From Vicugna vicugna (lineage: Eukaryota), in assembly GCA_013265495.1 (NCBI GenBank), contig MU058213.1, positions 3,968,001-4,032,000 on the forward strand: 64,000 nt of DNA. The letters are read 5' to 3'. Below are positions 23,726 through 35,900 of the stretch, one piece after another. The position numbers and the translations under genes were made by a program. Every line of letters starts with the position of its first letter. The first letter of the stretch is position 1. The notes beneath the pieces were generated by a model. The model saw only the letters and a program-made list of their open reading frames with translations. It was not told the origin of the DNA and searched no databases.

Positions 23726-25669
23726 CATGCTCCGTCATGGGAATTTGCAGAGATTTTTAATGAGTATCTATCTTTATGCCCAGAGGACCTCTTAAAGATG
23801 TTTTGCAAACACATCAATGTATAGTGTTATGGAGACTGGAGTTTCAAGAGAGGGAAGATTGTGAAGCTAAAGAGGTAGGTAAGTTCCATCTTGTCAGTGA
23901 CCTTGCTGTCTCCCCTTTCTTTTTGTGGAATTCCATCTCTGTTCCTCTGTAATTAGCAGCAGGCATCCAAGTAGGAGCTACTCTTTCTTAGCACCTCTGA
24001 CCTCTTGATTTTCCCTTAGTGGGTGCTGCTGTGGTTGCCATCCCCTTTGTGCCCTCCCACCCTGCCATCTTCCCTCAGTCATGCAACTTCATCCTCATCA
24101 GACTTAAACCTGATATTCTGATATGCATGTCCTGGGCTAGCTCATTGCTAGATTAAGCAGGTGTGACCTGAGGGGCTCTGATCTTCCAGTGAAGCTTCCT
24201 GCCCACAATGATCTCCCCAACTGTTCTGTTCCCATGATGGATTTTCTCTCCACTATAGTCAGAGAAGTCCCAGACGACCCACACCCTCATTTTAAACGTT
24301 AAAGACAGTGCCTCGCAGATGCCAACATACTTATGCCCATCATCAGACCATCGCGTTAGCAATTCCATCACCTGGGCTAGGGATGCAGAGGAAGTACTAA
24401 TGAAGATTAAGGAAATGGCAGGAAGGAAGGGTAAGTTAGGGAAAGGGCCCCTGGATCAGGCATGGGTAGCCCAGAAAGCAGTAGAGGAAAAGCCAAATGT
24501 CAAAGGAAAGAGAATGGGCATGGGATGGACCAAGGAGATATTATCCATTTCTCAAATTTATTTCCTGTTTTCCACAGTTCTTCCATTCTTATTATGGAAT
24601 TCTTACCTGGGCAGCCTTTGCAGGCATAATTTTTTTTCTTCTCTTTGGTCTACTCCCTCATTTTCGTAGACCAAGGGTCAACCCAATGACAGCCTTTTTA
24701 CCTCTGCGCCTGAGTTTCCGTCATGAAACTCACTCTTTTCCCCACCTCCACTATCCTCAGTAAACGGTCACTGTAAAGTTAAACTGATTGGGCTAAAGGT
24801 CAGTCACATTACATTTAAATAAGCACAGGGAATATCAAAAACGCCAGGAAACGCAGTGCAGATGTCTGCAGCTACACTTTGATAAGCCCAGCAGCTGTGG
24901 CCATTTGAGCTCTCTCATGGGAATGGAAAAACTAAAATCCATAAAACAATCTTCAAGCAATAACGCTGAGTCTGCTTCTCCACAGAGAATAGGAATCAGT
25001 AGAGTAAGACAGCATCAGAGAGCTTGGTACCATGTCTAATTATTTTCTTGTGTGAATTTGTTGTGGGAAATGTAACAACTGGTACTGGCCTTTAAACAAT
25101 TCTTGCACCTTTTTATCATTTGACCTCGTTTAACAATTCATTACCCAGTGTTATGAATAAAGCCAAAAAATGGGGGTCAGGGTAGGGAGACAAGTTTTTC
25201 TTGTCTGTTTGTTGCAAAATGGACAAATGGAACTAACCCTTACAACTACTGAATTGCTTACATACATCTGAAAGCCACTCCTTTCTTGACCTGACCTACA
25301 GGGTCTAAATGTCAGTTTGGCCAATTAAAATGATGTGTTATGCTGGTATGTTTATTCTTTGCCTAGTGAAAAATTATGATTTTAAAAATGAAAAGGCAAA
25401 AAAAAATTAAGACAATTATATGTAATTCTTATCACAGATTGTACTTGAAATCCAGTACCAACCAAACTATCTCTGCTTTCCTCCTCTGGAGGTCCCCGGG
25501 AAGGAGTGAAGAAAGAGTCAAAGGTAGCAGAGATTTATGTAGGCATTTCCCCCGACTCAATCCAAGTTGAATTCAAATGAATGAAAACCCTTTACAAGAA
25601 CACAGAGTTTACAAAACAGAGTTGTGACTGTCCATTAATATGACTTCATTAAAGTCATTTAAACTGCTG

Positions 25670-25890
25670 ATAATAGCTTTAGCTGTCAAAGTCCATTTAC
25701 TGAGCATGTGTTATGCATCAGGCCCTATTCTAGGCAGTTGTATTTATATCCCATATTATAAAGCAAAGTCTAGAAATAAGAAACATGAGACTCAGAAACA
25801 CTAGTCCATGATTTCATAGCAATAGAAGGGCAAAAGCAGAGGTGGGAACACGGTTCTGTAAGACCCTAAGACCTGCACAGATCCTCTCCT
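25670..25890 (-). mobile_element. MIR SINE
   Basis: Antisense MIR pattern CATTTACTGAGCATGTGTTATG ... ATAAGAAACATGAGACTCAGA. Confidence 0.6.
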
Positions 25891-26539
25891 CCATTCCATA
25901 CCTCTCTTCCAGAAAGTGCCGCTGAGTCACCAGCACAGGTTTCTGATATCCTTGGGCTGGACACTTTGTCTTTTGAGAGTATATTGGAGAGTCAACAGCC
26001 CAGGGTCGTTTGGGGCCCCATCTGCTGCGTAGAGCGAGTGATCAGTCCTGGTATAAATGAAAGATAAAACAACTGTTTAGGAATGAAGCTGCTTTTCTGG
26101 TGAATCTCACACAGCTGCCTCATTTTGCTTCCCTTTCACTTGTAATGGAGGGAGTATTTAGGAAAGACATGAATGTGCTTTTCTTAATTGCTTTCCCGAA
26201 TACAGGACTTCCCCCAAGACCTGCACCTCCACCAGAGGCATTTGTGTGTTTACTGCTAACAGTGGCTCCAAAAGGCATGTAAAGAGTGAAAGAGTTAAGA
26301 CTCAACTTTTAATATTTAAAATAGAATTTCGCAGAAAGGTGTTAGTGCCAAAACATTATGTTCTCAAGGCAAGATTTTCAAAATTCCTTTATTTCCCCTT
26401 GAACACATTAAGAACTAAGTATCGAAGCACCAACTCAAAGAATTTTGTCATATCACAGAGAAGATACTCCTTCCACAAAGGCAGCGAGACCAGGAAGCGT
26501 ACTGTTCTGTGGTAAGAGCGACAACATAGGTCAGGAATA

Positions 26540-27500
26540 AGAACCCTGACCCTTCTGACCCTAATTGGATAGTGAGAAGAAGGGAACCAGAGACAGTGGA
26601 CTCAGAGTTCTTATTTTTTCTCTCTTCTTGGGGCAAAACTTTAAGATAGGATATCTTTGGAAACACCAGTTAAACTGAGGGGCATTCACAGTGCAGGGAG
26701 GGGTACAGCAGGAAGAGACTAGAGCCTCTGTTCCCTTGTGCCCTGGTTCTGAGTTGGGGGCCTTGAGGGTTTACCCCGGAATCGGTGAGATGACCTCACA
26801 GTAGAGACTTGGTGTGGGCCCCTCAGGCCAGGGTTCCAGGTGGAGCCAGTCGGGCTCCCCAAGCGATAAGGATGCAGGAGGCAGGGTCTATGTGAGTGAG
26901 AGTTCAGGGAAGCCAAGTCAGCCCAGAGCCTCTAGACCAGGGATCAGCAAACTATGGTCCATGGGTCAAATCCAACCCAGTGGCCTATTTTGTAAGTACA
27001 GTAAATGCCCAGTCATTTATATATTGCCTATGGCTGCTTTTGAGCTGCAGGGTTGGGTACTTATAACAGAGACTGTAGAATCTACAAAGCCTAACGCATT
27101 TACTATGTGGCCCTTTATGGGAAAAGCTTGCCGACCTCTGCCCTAGACCTTATGAAAGGCTGCAGGACAGGCTGCAATGAGGCAAACAAGGGGTGGTGCC
27201 TTGGAGGTCAGAGGAGCCAGAGGACACCAAGCAAATCCAAGGAGCTGGACTCCTTTCCTTAGGCATGAGGTCACATAACATGAGCCAGTCCCCTCCCCTC
27301 CATACACCCAGAAACTATCCCAGAGAGAAGGTAGAAAAGGGACTAACGACTAAATGAAGAAATTCAAGAGGCTGAGCATTTTTTTCTAGAGAGAGTGAGT
27401 ATTATCTAATGGGGAGTTCTAGTATTTCATTAGATTGGCCTGAACGTAGTTTCTCTAAGTATATTTGTTTACACGATACATGGGTTGAGATATGAGGAAG
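26540..27500 (+). mobile_element. Possible ancient Gypsy-type LTR (MamGypLTR-like), interrupted by MER58
   Basis: CCCCTCCATACACCCAGA...GAGAGAAGG...GGCTGAGCATTTT..AGAGAGAGTGAG resembles the recalled MamGypLTR 3' part; weak match. Confidence 0.35.
26938..27140. mobile_element. MER58A-like hAT-Charlie MITE
   Basis: TIRs CAGGGATCAGCAAAC / GCTTGCCGACCTCTG and an 8-bp TSD CTCTAGAC (26930-26937) / CCCTAGAC (27141-27148). Confidence 0.85.
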
Positions 27501-27762
27501 TCCAGATAAGTCATAAAGAAATTAACGTTTTCTCAAACATCACATAATATGTTTTACAACCCACCTACCGATTTATGGATTATAAGAGCCGATAGAAGCC
27601 TTAGAGATACTTTACACCTCTCCTCTCATTGGACAGATAAGGAAACAGTGTTCCAGAAGGGTTATGTTCCTGTCGTTAAGTAGAGAATGAACTGAGACTG
27701 ACATCCATGTCCCCTGATGCACTGGTCCAAATACCGAGTTTTAGTGAACGAATTCTTAGTGC

Positions 27763-28198
27763 TGTATCCCCAAGGTCTTGGTAGGAAAGAGAGCAAATAT
27801 CACAGAAATGAAGAGAGTTTGATATGGGAATTGCTTACAAAGGTGTGGCTAGGATTTAGGTACACTGACAGAGAGGGTGCAGTATGCCAAAGCTTGCAAC
27901 AGTGGGGAGCTCACACCAGCCAGGGGCTGGGGAACCAGAGGCGGCTGTTCTGAGAGAGAGAAGCTTAGAAGAGGGACACTAACAAGAGTGGAGGGGTACC
28001 ACTGACTCAAAGTAGCCCATTAGGGAAAAACCCAGGGAAATAAGTTTCCTGACTTCACTCTCTTTCTACACTTTCATCTTCCTGCTGATTTGTTCCGTTA
28101 ACTGAATCCAGAGTACATGGAAAACTTCAGCCTCCCAAGATACAGAGAAGAGTGGAGTTCGTATCTAGAGAAGAAAATAGAAAAAAATGTGAGCACCA
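27763..28198 (-). mobile_element. ERVL LTR, LTR33-like
   Basis: GAAGAGAGTTTGATATGGGAATTGCTTACAAAGGTGTGG and GGTGCAGTA..GCAACAGTGGGGAGCT match the recalled antisense LTR33. Confidence 0.7.
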
Positions 28199-28459
28199 TC
28201 CTATAAAACAGGGCCTAGAAGCATTGCTGGCATGTGGTAGGTGCTCAACTATTTTTCAAATGAATGAATTGGTTAATTAATTAATCTTTCTATTGATCAA
28301 GCCATCCTTATGAACTTCCATGTGATTCTTGCCAAGTATACCATCCAGTCAACAGACCATCCATTCTAGTAGAAAAGTTATAAAGAGAGACATCTCTTCC
28401 CCACAACAGAATATGGCGCTCCCATAGCTACAAGGGTATCAAGAGGTGGGCTTTGAGTT

Positions 28460-28660
28460 TATACTTGGATTTGTTTTCTATTGCTGCATAATAAATTACC
28501 ACAAACTTACTTGACAGCTTAAAACAACACAAATTTATTCTCTCTGCGAGTTAGGAGTCCAGGCATGGGTTTCTATGGGTTAGGTGTCTGGGTGTGGGTA
28601 AATTGGATCCTTTGCTCAAGATCGCACCAGGCTGAAATCAAGGTCTTGGCATCCTACCTG
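28460..28660 (-). mobile_element. MaLR LTR fragment (MLT1)
   Basis: TTTCTATTGCTGCATAATAAATTACCACAAACTTA..AGCTTAAAACAACACAAATTTATT and GGCTGAAATCAAGGT. Confidence 0.75.
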
Positions 28661-31059
28661 TTTGTTTTTAAGAGACACTCTCCACTCTCCCCTCTACGAT
28701 CCCCTTTCCCAGCCTGCATTCTAGTTCCTGAACACACCAGGAGAATAAAGATACATGGCCTTTCACATTTGGAAAGGGCTCAGGGTCTGGGCTATCACCA
28801 GACTTGGTCTGTAACCCTCCTCTGACACAGGTGTCTGTGATTCTGTGCGAAATGGGACACAGTTTCTCTGGTATCTCAGTCACGTCATTTACTCAAGTGC
28901 AGGAGGGCCCCACAGTGCCAGAGTCTAGAAGTTACAAGCAAAAGTGAAGAAGTGGCTGTCACAAGATGATGAATGGCTGCCCTCTGAAGTTTTGATTTGG
29001 ATTCTAAGTGACAAAACCGGACCAACCAAGGAAACTTGGTAATTTTCTCTGCTGCAGAGCAGCCACCTGGCGAACAGCGCATTGCAACCACCAACCCTTG
29101 GCAGAGGTTGGAACAGCAGCTATAATTATAAAGAGTAGGGAAGAGACTCTAAAAATCTCTTCTGAGTGGCAAAAATTCTGAAAATCAAGATAATTACAAC
29201 ACTAGCTCATCCTGATTTGCTTGGCTATTTATAGATGAGGAGAAGCTGATGCGCTGAGAGCTTTTTCTTTTCTTTTCTTTTCTTCTTTCCTATTTGCATT
29301 AAATCCTGGGTGGCTCCTCTCTGAAATGTGTGCATATGCTGAGTCCATGTGAGATGCCACCACTGGCACTTGTCACAAGAATTAAATCCCTCTCAAGCTT
29401 GTTTACAGCTCAGCACTTGTCATACTGCTCCCTTGAGCTTCATGGCTGGTTGGGTTCTTTTTTTCCCCAGTTCTGCGGAAGATTTAATTTCTTTTTTGTT
29501 TATGTGTGTACTTACCCTTGCAGGTGCAGGAAGGAAAAAATTGCTGTGCCCAGATGTTTTGAAGCTGCAATAGCATACATACAACTCAGATTAAACAGAA
29601 AAATTGCATAAGATAAGGCAGGCGCTTCGAGCACATTATACTATAGGGTATTTAATAAACCTATCATGTCTTCTTGACAATAAGACTCTTGAATATAACT
29701 TTAGGAACAGAGAAATATTTTAAGGCATCACCAGCTCAATTCACTTATAGATGATTTTACAATGAGATTTGTCCTTCTTGAGTGGGGTCCATTACATTCA
29801 CCCCATTTTCAGCTTAGAAAATACCTTCCCGGAACAGAAGAGTCTGGGAATTGGGTGGAAACATCGCCTATCAAGCTGTCTCAGTTCATTACTGGATTAG
29901 TTAGACCTCAGGGATCATGAAGCCAGATTTCACCTTAATTTTTGGAACACGGCAAACATAAGCTAAACGCAAACAACACTCTTGCTGCTCGTTGAGCTCT
30001 GTACTAATACGCAAGAGCTCTGCCCAAGTTGCAGATGGATAATGCTTCTGTGGCCCTCAGTTTGGATTTTCCTTTACCCAAGGCGGTGGGCTAACCTGCT
30101 CTGTACACAGCAACTGTCAAACGGGGGAAGGAGTTCAGCTCCGGAGAAGAGAAAATGCTCAAAATTCTCCAGGCGCCACTTCACCAGCCTCCAACAATTG
30201 TTTCCCATGGCTGCACGGAGGAAGCTCATCACCTTTGGCAATTTAAATATTTGGCATTTTACATATTCCCTCACAGCCAAAGCCAAGATCGTGAAGGCCC
30301 ACACAATGGGCCCACCCCTGCTCTGTGACAGTGCCCCGGAGCGTGTTACTATTTTTACCTTTCCTGGGACGTGTATAAGAGCTCCCAGCTGACCTGCCTG
30401 GATGTGGGTTTGAAAGAAAACTTCCGTCTCCCTCTGCTCATGAAGCTAAAGACCCTTAGCAGAACTAGGAAAAGAGTGCCGGAGGCCTCTGTTTCTTTGT
30501 AGGGAGGAAAGAGGTGGTGCAAAAAAGAGAACAAGAGAAGCTCTCGCACTTTAATCTAACTGCCAGCCCTGGATCCCCACTTGGCCAAGCCTTTCATAGT
30601 CAGTTCTTGGCTCCCTGTTCTGCATCTGCAAGATCAGAGCTTATTAGCATCATCTCTTACTTCTGCCTCCCAACGCTGCCACCAGACACTGTCAGAGCCT
30701 TAGATTCTTATTCCCTGCGAGGCAAATGGCTCTTCCTTAACCACCCAAGTGTGGGTCTTTCCTTGCACTGATATACTTCTATTCCCCTTGCCATACCGGC
30801 AATGCTAAACACGCTCATCATCCCAGTATCTTCTAGAGCTCCCACTTAGAACATGGGGACGGTGTTAGAAGTCTGTATCTGCGCTAATGGGCTGTGTGTG
30901 AAAGAGCAGTAGGATCTTGGCAGCATTTGGTTTCACAGACTATGACGGTGATGTTTCTGCTCATAGGTTATTGATCAGTTCTGGCAACAAAATCATCTTA
31001 CAATTTATAGTTTTGTCTACTTATGTTTTGTCTATTTAATTTGCCCAAAGCGTCACATT

Positions 31060-31105
31060 AAACACTAAGTATTCTTTTTTTTTGTTTCAAACACTAAGTA
31101 TTCTT
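31060..31105 (-). mobile_element. Extremely 5'-truncated retro-insertion (12 nt, essentially poly(A)) with 17-bp TSD
   Basis: AAACACTAAGTATTCTT at 31060-31076 and 31089-31105 flank TTTTTTTGTTTC; the minus strand shows a TT/AAGA L1-endonuclease-type site. Confidence 0.75.
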
Positions 31106-31929
31106 AAAGCAGGAAACCTACAGATTCATCAAAAGATGGTGGAACTTTATGAATGAACTCTGTCGTGGTGGTGGTGGTGGTGGTTTTGCTAGTGTAAATA
31201 ATTTATTACATCTTTATCAGGTAATAGTTATAAATATTTTAAATATGTGAACCTTGCACGCTGAAGCTGCAGTGAAGCACCACTATCCACCACCAGACTG
31301 TGGGTGATAGGACCACAACCACACCAGCCAATAAGATGCTCGTGGTTAGAGGTGGCCACCTCCTCACTCTAAGTAAAGTGTGAATCCAGGTGAGGATTTC
31401 AGCAGCACCAAAGGCCCCTGCTCCCTCCCTCCCCAAATCTTCACAAACACATACACAGATACACATGCATGCACTTGCCAGATCCAAACATTTATGTAAA
31501 ACACTGAACGCTCCTACTAAGAGTCTAGTGTATTGTGTTGAGAAGTGATTACAGTGAAGCTACTATGTTTTTTTAATGTTTATCAGATTCCTTTGAGCCT
31601 GGAGCAAAGCCGTGACAAAGGGAGTCTCTAGCTGGCAGAGTCTGTTAGATCACAAGAGTGAAAGAAGCCAGCAAGGAGTCTGGAGACAGAGGGTACTCTT
31701 GGGAAGGATGAAAGGGAAGAGAAGGAGAGAAGGACATTCTATATGCACTTTGCCTGCTTCAAAACTTTGTCTTAGAAATGCCTGGGCCAATAGACAACAG
31801 GCAGACGCCAAGCTAAGGTCAACCAGAAGTAACACCCTCATTTCTTTTTTTCTTTTTTATTCTTTATAAAAACAAACAAAAAACTAATGCCCTTACTTCT
31901 GAACCCGCGTGTTCAGAAGGGCTAAAGCT

Positions 31930-32375
31930 TTCAATGCAATTATTTGTGTCCTCTTTTCTGTAGTCTCAACGTATGGTTCCAGCTCATCTCCTGCCACTCT
32001 AGTCCTTCCCCAAAACCCGTCATCTTTGTTGAACGCTTCATACAACCCTGCACCTTCATATCTTGGCTCAAGCTGTTTCCTTCTTCTGAAAGCCCTTTGC
32101 CACCCTTCTCCATTTGAAAACTCCTGCCCACCATGTAGAACCGAGCTCAAAGGTGTTGTCTGCTATGACAGCTTTCTCGGGCAGGTCAGTCTGTTCCTCC
32201 CTTGTGTTTCCAGTGTATGTCTCACACATTTCTTGTCTTGTGTTGGGGTTGTTTGAGAGTTGCCATCCCATCAAGATGGAACTCTCAGAGAGCAAAGATG
32301 GCATTTGCTCATCTCTGCATCCTCAGTGTTTAGCTCACAGTAGTCGCTCGATATATATTGAAGGGTGAATGAGGC
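31930..32375 (+). mobile_element. L2 3' portion
   Basis: Degenerate L2 body ending TCTCTGCATCCTCAGTGTTTAGCTCACAGTAGTCGCTCGATATATATTGAAGGGTGAATGA. Confidence 0.6.
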
Positions 32376-32959
32376 ATTGCAATTTTTAAGGAAAGAAGTA
32401 AAGAGGGTGAGGAATGCTGGTAAGAGAGTCCCAAACAAGGGTCTAATCAAAATTCAGCCACGTTCTTACAGAGGTTCATCTCTCCCTTCTATTTAACTCT
32501 CAACATTTCCCTCCTTTGCAAATCAGAGCTATAACCCAGACAAGCAGCAAGGCTTAGAGAAACCACAGGGAAAGTCTTGGGAACCTGATCATTTGAAGAT
32601 GGATTTGAACCTCAGTGAAGCACCAACACTGCCTGCTCACGTTACTTCTTTGTACATTCAACAGAGCGCTTACCTCTGAAAACCCGGCTGTGGCTTGAGC
32701 TTACATTTCCTTTGTACTTGCTTCAGCACCTGTTAACCACAACACTGAGGCTGCCAGTCCTGGCTTCATCTTGCTCTCTGACTGTTGCTATGACGGTGTA
32801 ACCGCGGCTCTGCAGCTGCTACATCGGCAGCCACTGAAGGGACTGGGGCTGACCTCTGGCCCCTGGGGTGCTTCAACAGTCATATGGTTCTAGGTGCAGC
32901 AGAGACCTCCTTTTTTCTGGCTTTCATAGCTCTTTGCTCATCCTGTCCTTGTAAAGTCC

Positions 32960-33125
32960 ATCATTTCAATGTAGTAGCTTACATGTGTCTGTTGCCCTCC
33001 CTCGACAGCAAGTTCTGTGAGAGAAGGACTGTGCTCTACTCAGTATCATTTCTCTGACCCTTATCAGGGCCTGGCATTGGAAGGAAAAAATGAATAATGA
33101 ATGAATGATTAGTGAATGAATGAAT
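32960..33125 (+). mobile_element. L2 3' end
   Basis: CAAGTTCTGTGAGAGAAGGACTGTG...CAGGGCCTGGCA followed by a (TGAA)n tail. Confidence 0.7.
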
Positions 33126-33152
33126 ATGTTCTCATAAAAATTCTTTGATGGA

Positions 33153-34329
33153 TTCTCTGACGTAAATCATAGCAATTTCTTAGGTCTGACCCCCAAGGCA
33201 AAAGAAAGAAAAGCAAAAATAAACAAAGGGGACATAAGCAAACTTACAAGCTTTTGCATAGCAAAGGAAACCATCAACAAAATGAAAAGACAACCTAAAG
33301 ACTGGAAGAAAATATTTGCAAATGATGTGGACGACGATGGCTTAATTTCCAAAATGTACTAACAGCTTATACAGTTCAATATAAAAAAAAAACCCAATCA
33401 AAAAAATTGGCAGAAGACCTAAATAGGCATTTCTCCAAAGAAGACATACAGAGGCCAACAAGCACACGAAAAGATGCTCAATATCACTAATTATTAGAGA
33501 AATGCAAATCAAAACTACCTCACATTGGACAGAATGGCCATCATCAAAAAATCCACAAATCATAAATGCTAGAATGGTGTCGAGAAAAGGGAACACTCCT
33601 ACACCGTTAGTAGGAATGTAAATTAGTGCAGCCACTATAGAGAACAACATGGTGGTTCCTTAAAAAACTAAAGATAGAGTTACCATGTGATCCAGCAAAC
33701 CACTCCTGGGCATACATCCAAAAAAGACAAAAACTCTTAATGCGAAAAGATACATGCACCCTAATGTTCACAGCAGCACTATTTACAACAGCCAAGACAT
33801 GCAAGCAACCTAAGTGTCCATTATCAGATGAATAGATAAAGAAGATGTGATGTATACATATACAATAGAATATCACTCAGCCATAAAAAGAATGAAATAT
33901 TGCCATTTACAGCAACATGAATGGACGTAGAGATGATCATACTAAGTGAAGTAAGTCAGACAAAGAGAGATGAATAGCATATGCTATCACTTACATGTGG
34001 AATCTAAACAAATGACACAAAGGAACTTATTTATAAAACAGAAACAGACTCACAGGAATAGAAAACAAACTTATGGTTACCAAAGGGGAAAGGGCAGAGA
34101 GGGATAAATTAGGGGTTTGGGATTTGCAGATACTAACTACTATATATAAAATAGATAAATAATAAGGACCTATATAGCAGAGAACTATATTCAATATCTT
34201 GTAATACCTATAAAGAAAAGAATCTGAAAAAGTATATATATATATATATATATGTATATACAACTGAATCACTTTGCTCTACACCTGAAACTAACACAAC
34301 ATTGCAAATCAGCTATACTTCAATTTAAA
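33153..34329 (+). mobile_element. 5'-truncated cetartiodactyl-type L1 (end of ORF2 plus 3'UTR)
   Basis: Closely similar to 21770-22920; 17-bp TSD AAAAATTCTTTGATGGA (33136-33152) / AAAAATTATTTGTTGGA (34330-34346); internal (TA)n. Confidence 0.93.
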
Positions 34330-34769
34330 AAAAATTATTTGTTGGAAATTTAATTAAACCCCTCTTCACTCCTATCAGTTATTACTCCCCCCACACCAAA
34401 ATGATACTTCTGATGTAGTGTAACTGGTTGTTTTTTTCCCTTCACCCTGGAAATAAGTAATCTTTCTTGATTATCAACAGCTATGCTGTAAAACAAAAAT
34501 AGAAGAAAAACTAGATATGGTATAAATCTGCTAACAGCTTCCTCTCTGAGAGCTATCTTTGTACATCTCTACATCACATCTAATAATACTTGATTTCCTC
34601 AACCTCTCAGGCCAGTTGGACATGGTGTGCCCTGCTTATGTAGCTGAGTGTACCTAATTTCGTTAGCACCACAGATATAATGATGCTGCATTTTAAAAAT
34701 ACTACTTATGATTTTTTCATTTGAAGAATGGAATCTTTCTGCTTTTTGGGACTTGAGAGGTGTCTGGGG

Positions 34770-35900
34770 TTTTTTTAATTTTTATTGAAGAATATTTGAT
34801 GTACAATATTATATGTTACAGGTGCACAATATAGTAACTAAGAACTTACTCCTATGTTTTTTACTAGGTGTTTAAAGGTTTCAAGTCTCACATTCAAATC
34901 TTTAATCTACTTTGAGTTGATTTTTCTGTATAGTGTACATATGTCCATTTTTATATATGTGATTTGCAAATATTTTCCGCAGTCTGTGGTTTGTCTTTTA
35001 ACTTTTAAATGGTGTTTTTTGAGGAGGAAAGTTTTTAATTTTGGAAAAGGCCAATATGTGATTTTTTTTAATGGATTGTGCTTTTGGTGTCATAGCTAAT
35101 AAATCTTTGCCTAATTCAAAGTCAGAAAAAATTTTGCCTATGTTTTCTTCCAGAAATTTTATAGTTTTAGGTTTTACACTGATCTATGTTCCATTTTGAG
35201 CTAATTTTTGTGTATGGCGTGAGGTAAGGGTCTGTTTTTTACGGGATATTCAATTATTCCAACTCCATTTTTTTTTTTTTAAGACTATTCTTCCCTCATT
35301 GAATTATTCTGGGGTCCTTGTCAAAACCTGGCTGATCACAAATATGTACATATATTTCTGGATTCATTGTTCTTTCACATGGATTTGTATGTCTATCTTT
35401 ATGTCAACGCCATACTATATTTATTTCTGAAATTTTATAGTAAGTTTCAGGATCAAATGAGATAAATTCTCCAGTTTTGTTCTTTTCAACATGGTCGGTT
35501 TTTGGTTTTGGTTTTTGGCTGTTCTAGGTGCTTTTAAGTTTCATATAAATTTTAGGATCAATTTGTCAGTTTCTGCAAACCCCACTGACCTTTTGATAGG
35601 AATTTTATTTATTCTAATTGCTTAATTTGGGGAATATTGCCATCTTAACAACATTAATTCTTCCAATTCATGGACACAGTATATAGCTTCATTTATTTAG
35701 GCCTTAATTGCTCTCAACAATGATTTTTTTTCATTGTATCAGTCTTGCCTTCTTATTAAATTTATTCCTATGTATGTAATTCTTTTATATGCTATTATGA
35801 ATGGAGAATTTTCTTAATTTCATTATTGGATTGCTATATTGATATTGTATCATGTGGCTTCACTTGTTAGTTCTAGTAAGTGTTTTGTTTTTCTTTAAAA
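34770..35900 (-). mobile_element. Composite L1 fragments (short internally deleted L1MA-like tail plus older L1M ORF2)
   Basis: T-rich antisense L1 (TTTATTGAAGAATATTTGATGTACAATATT; CCATTTTGAGCTAATTTTTG; TTTTAGGATCAATTTGTCAGTTTCTGC). Confidence 0.8.
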
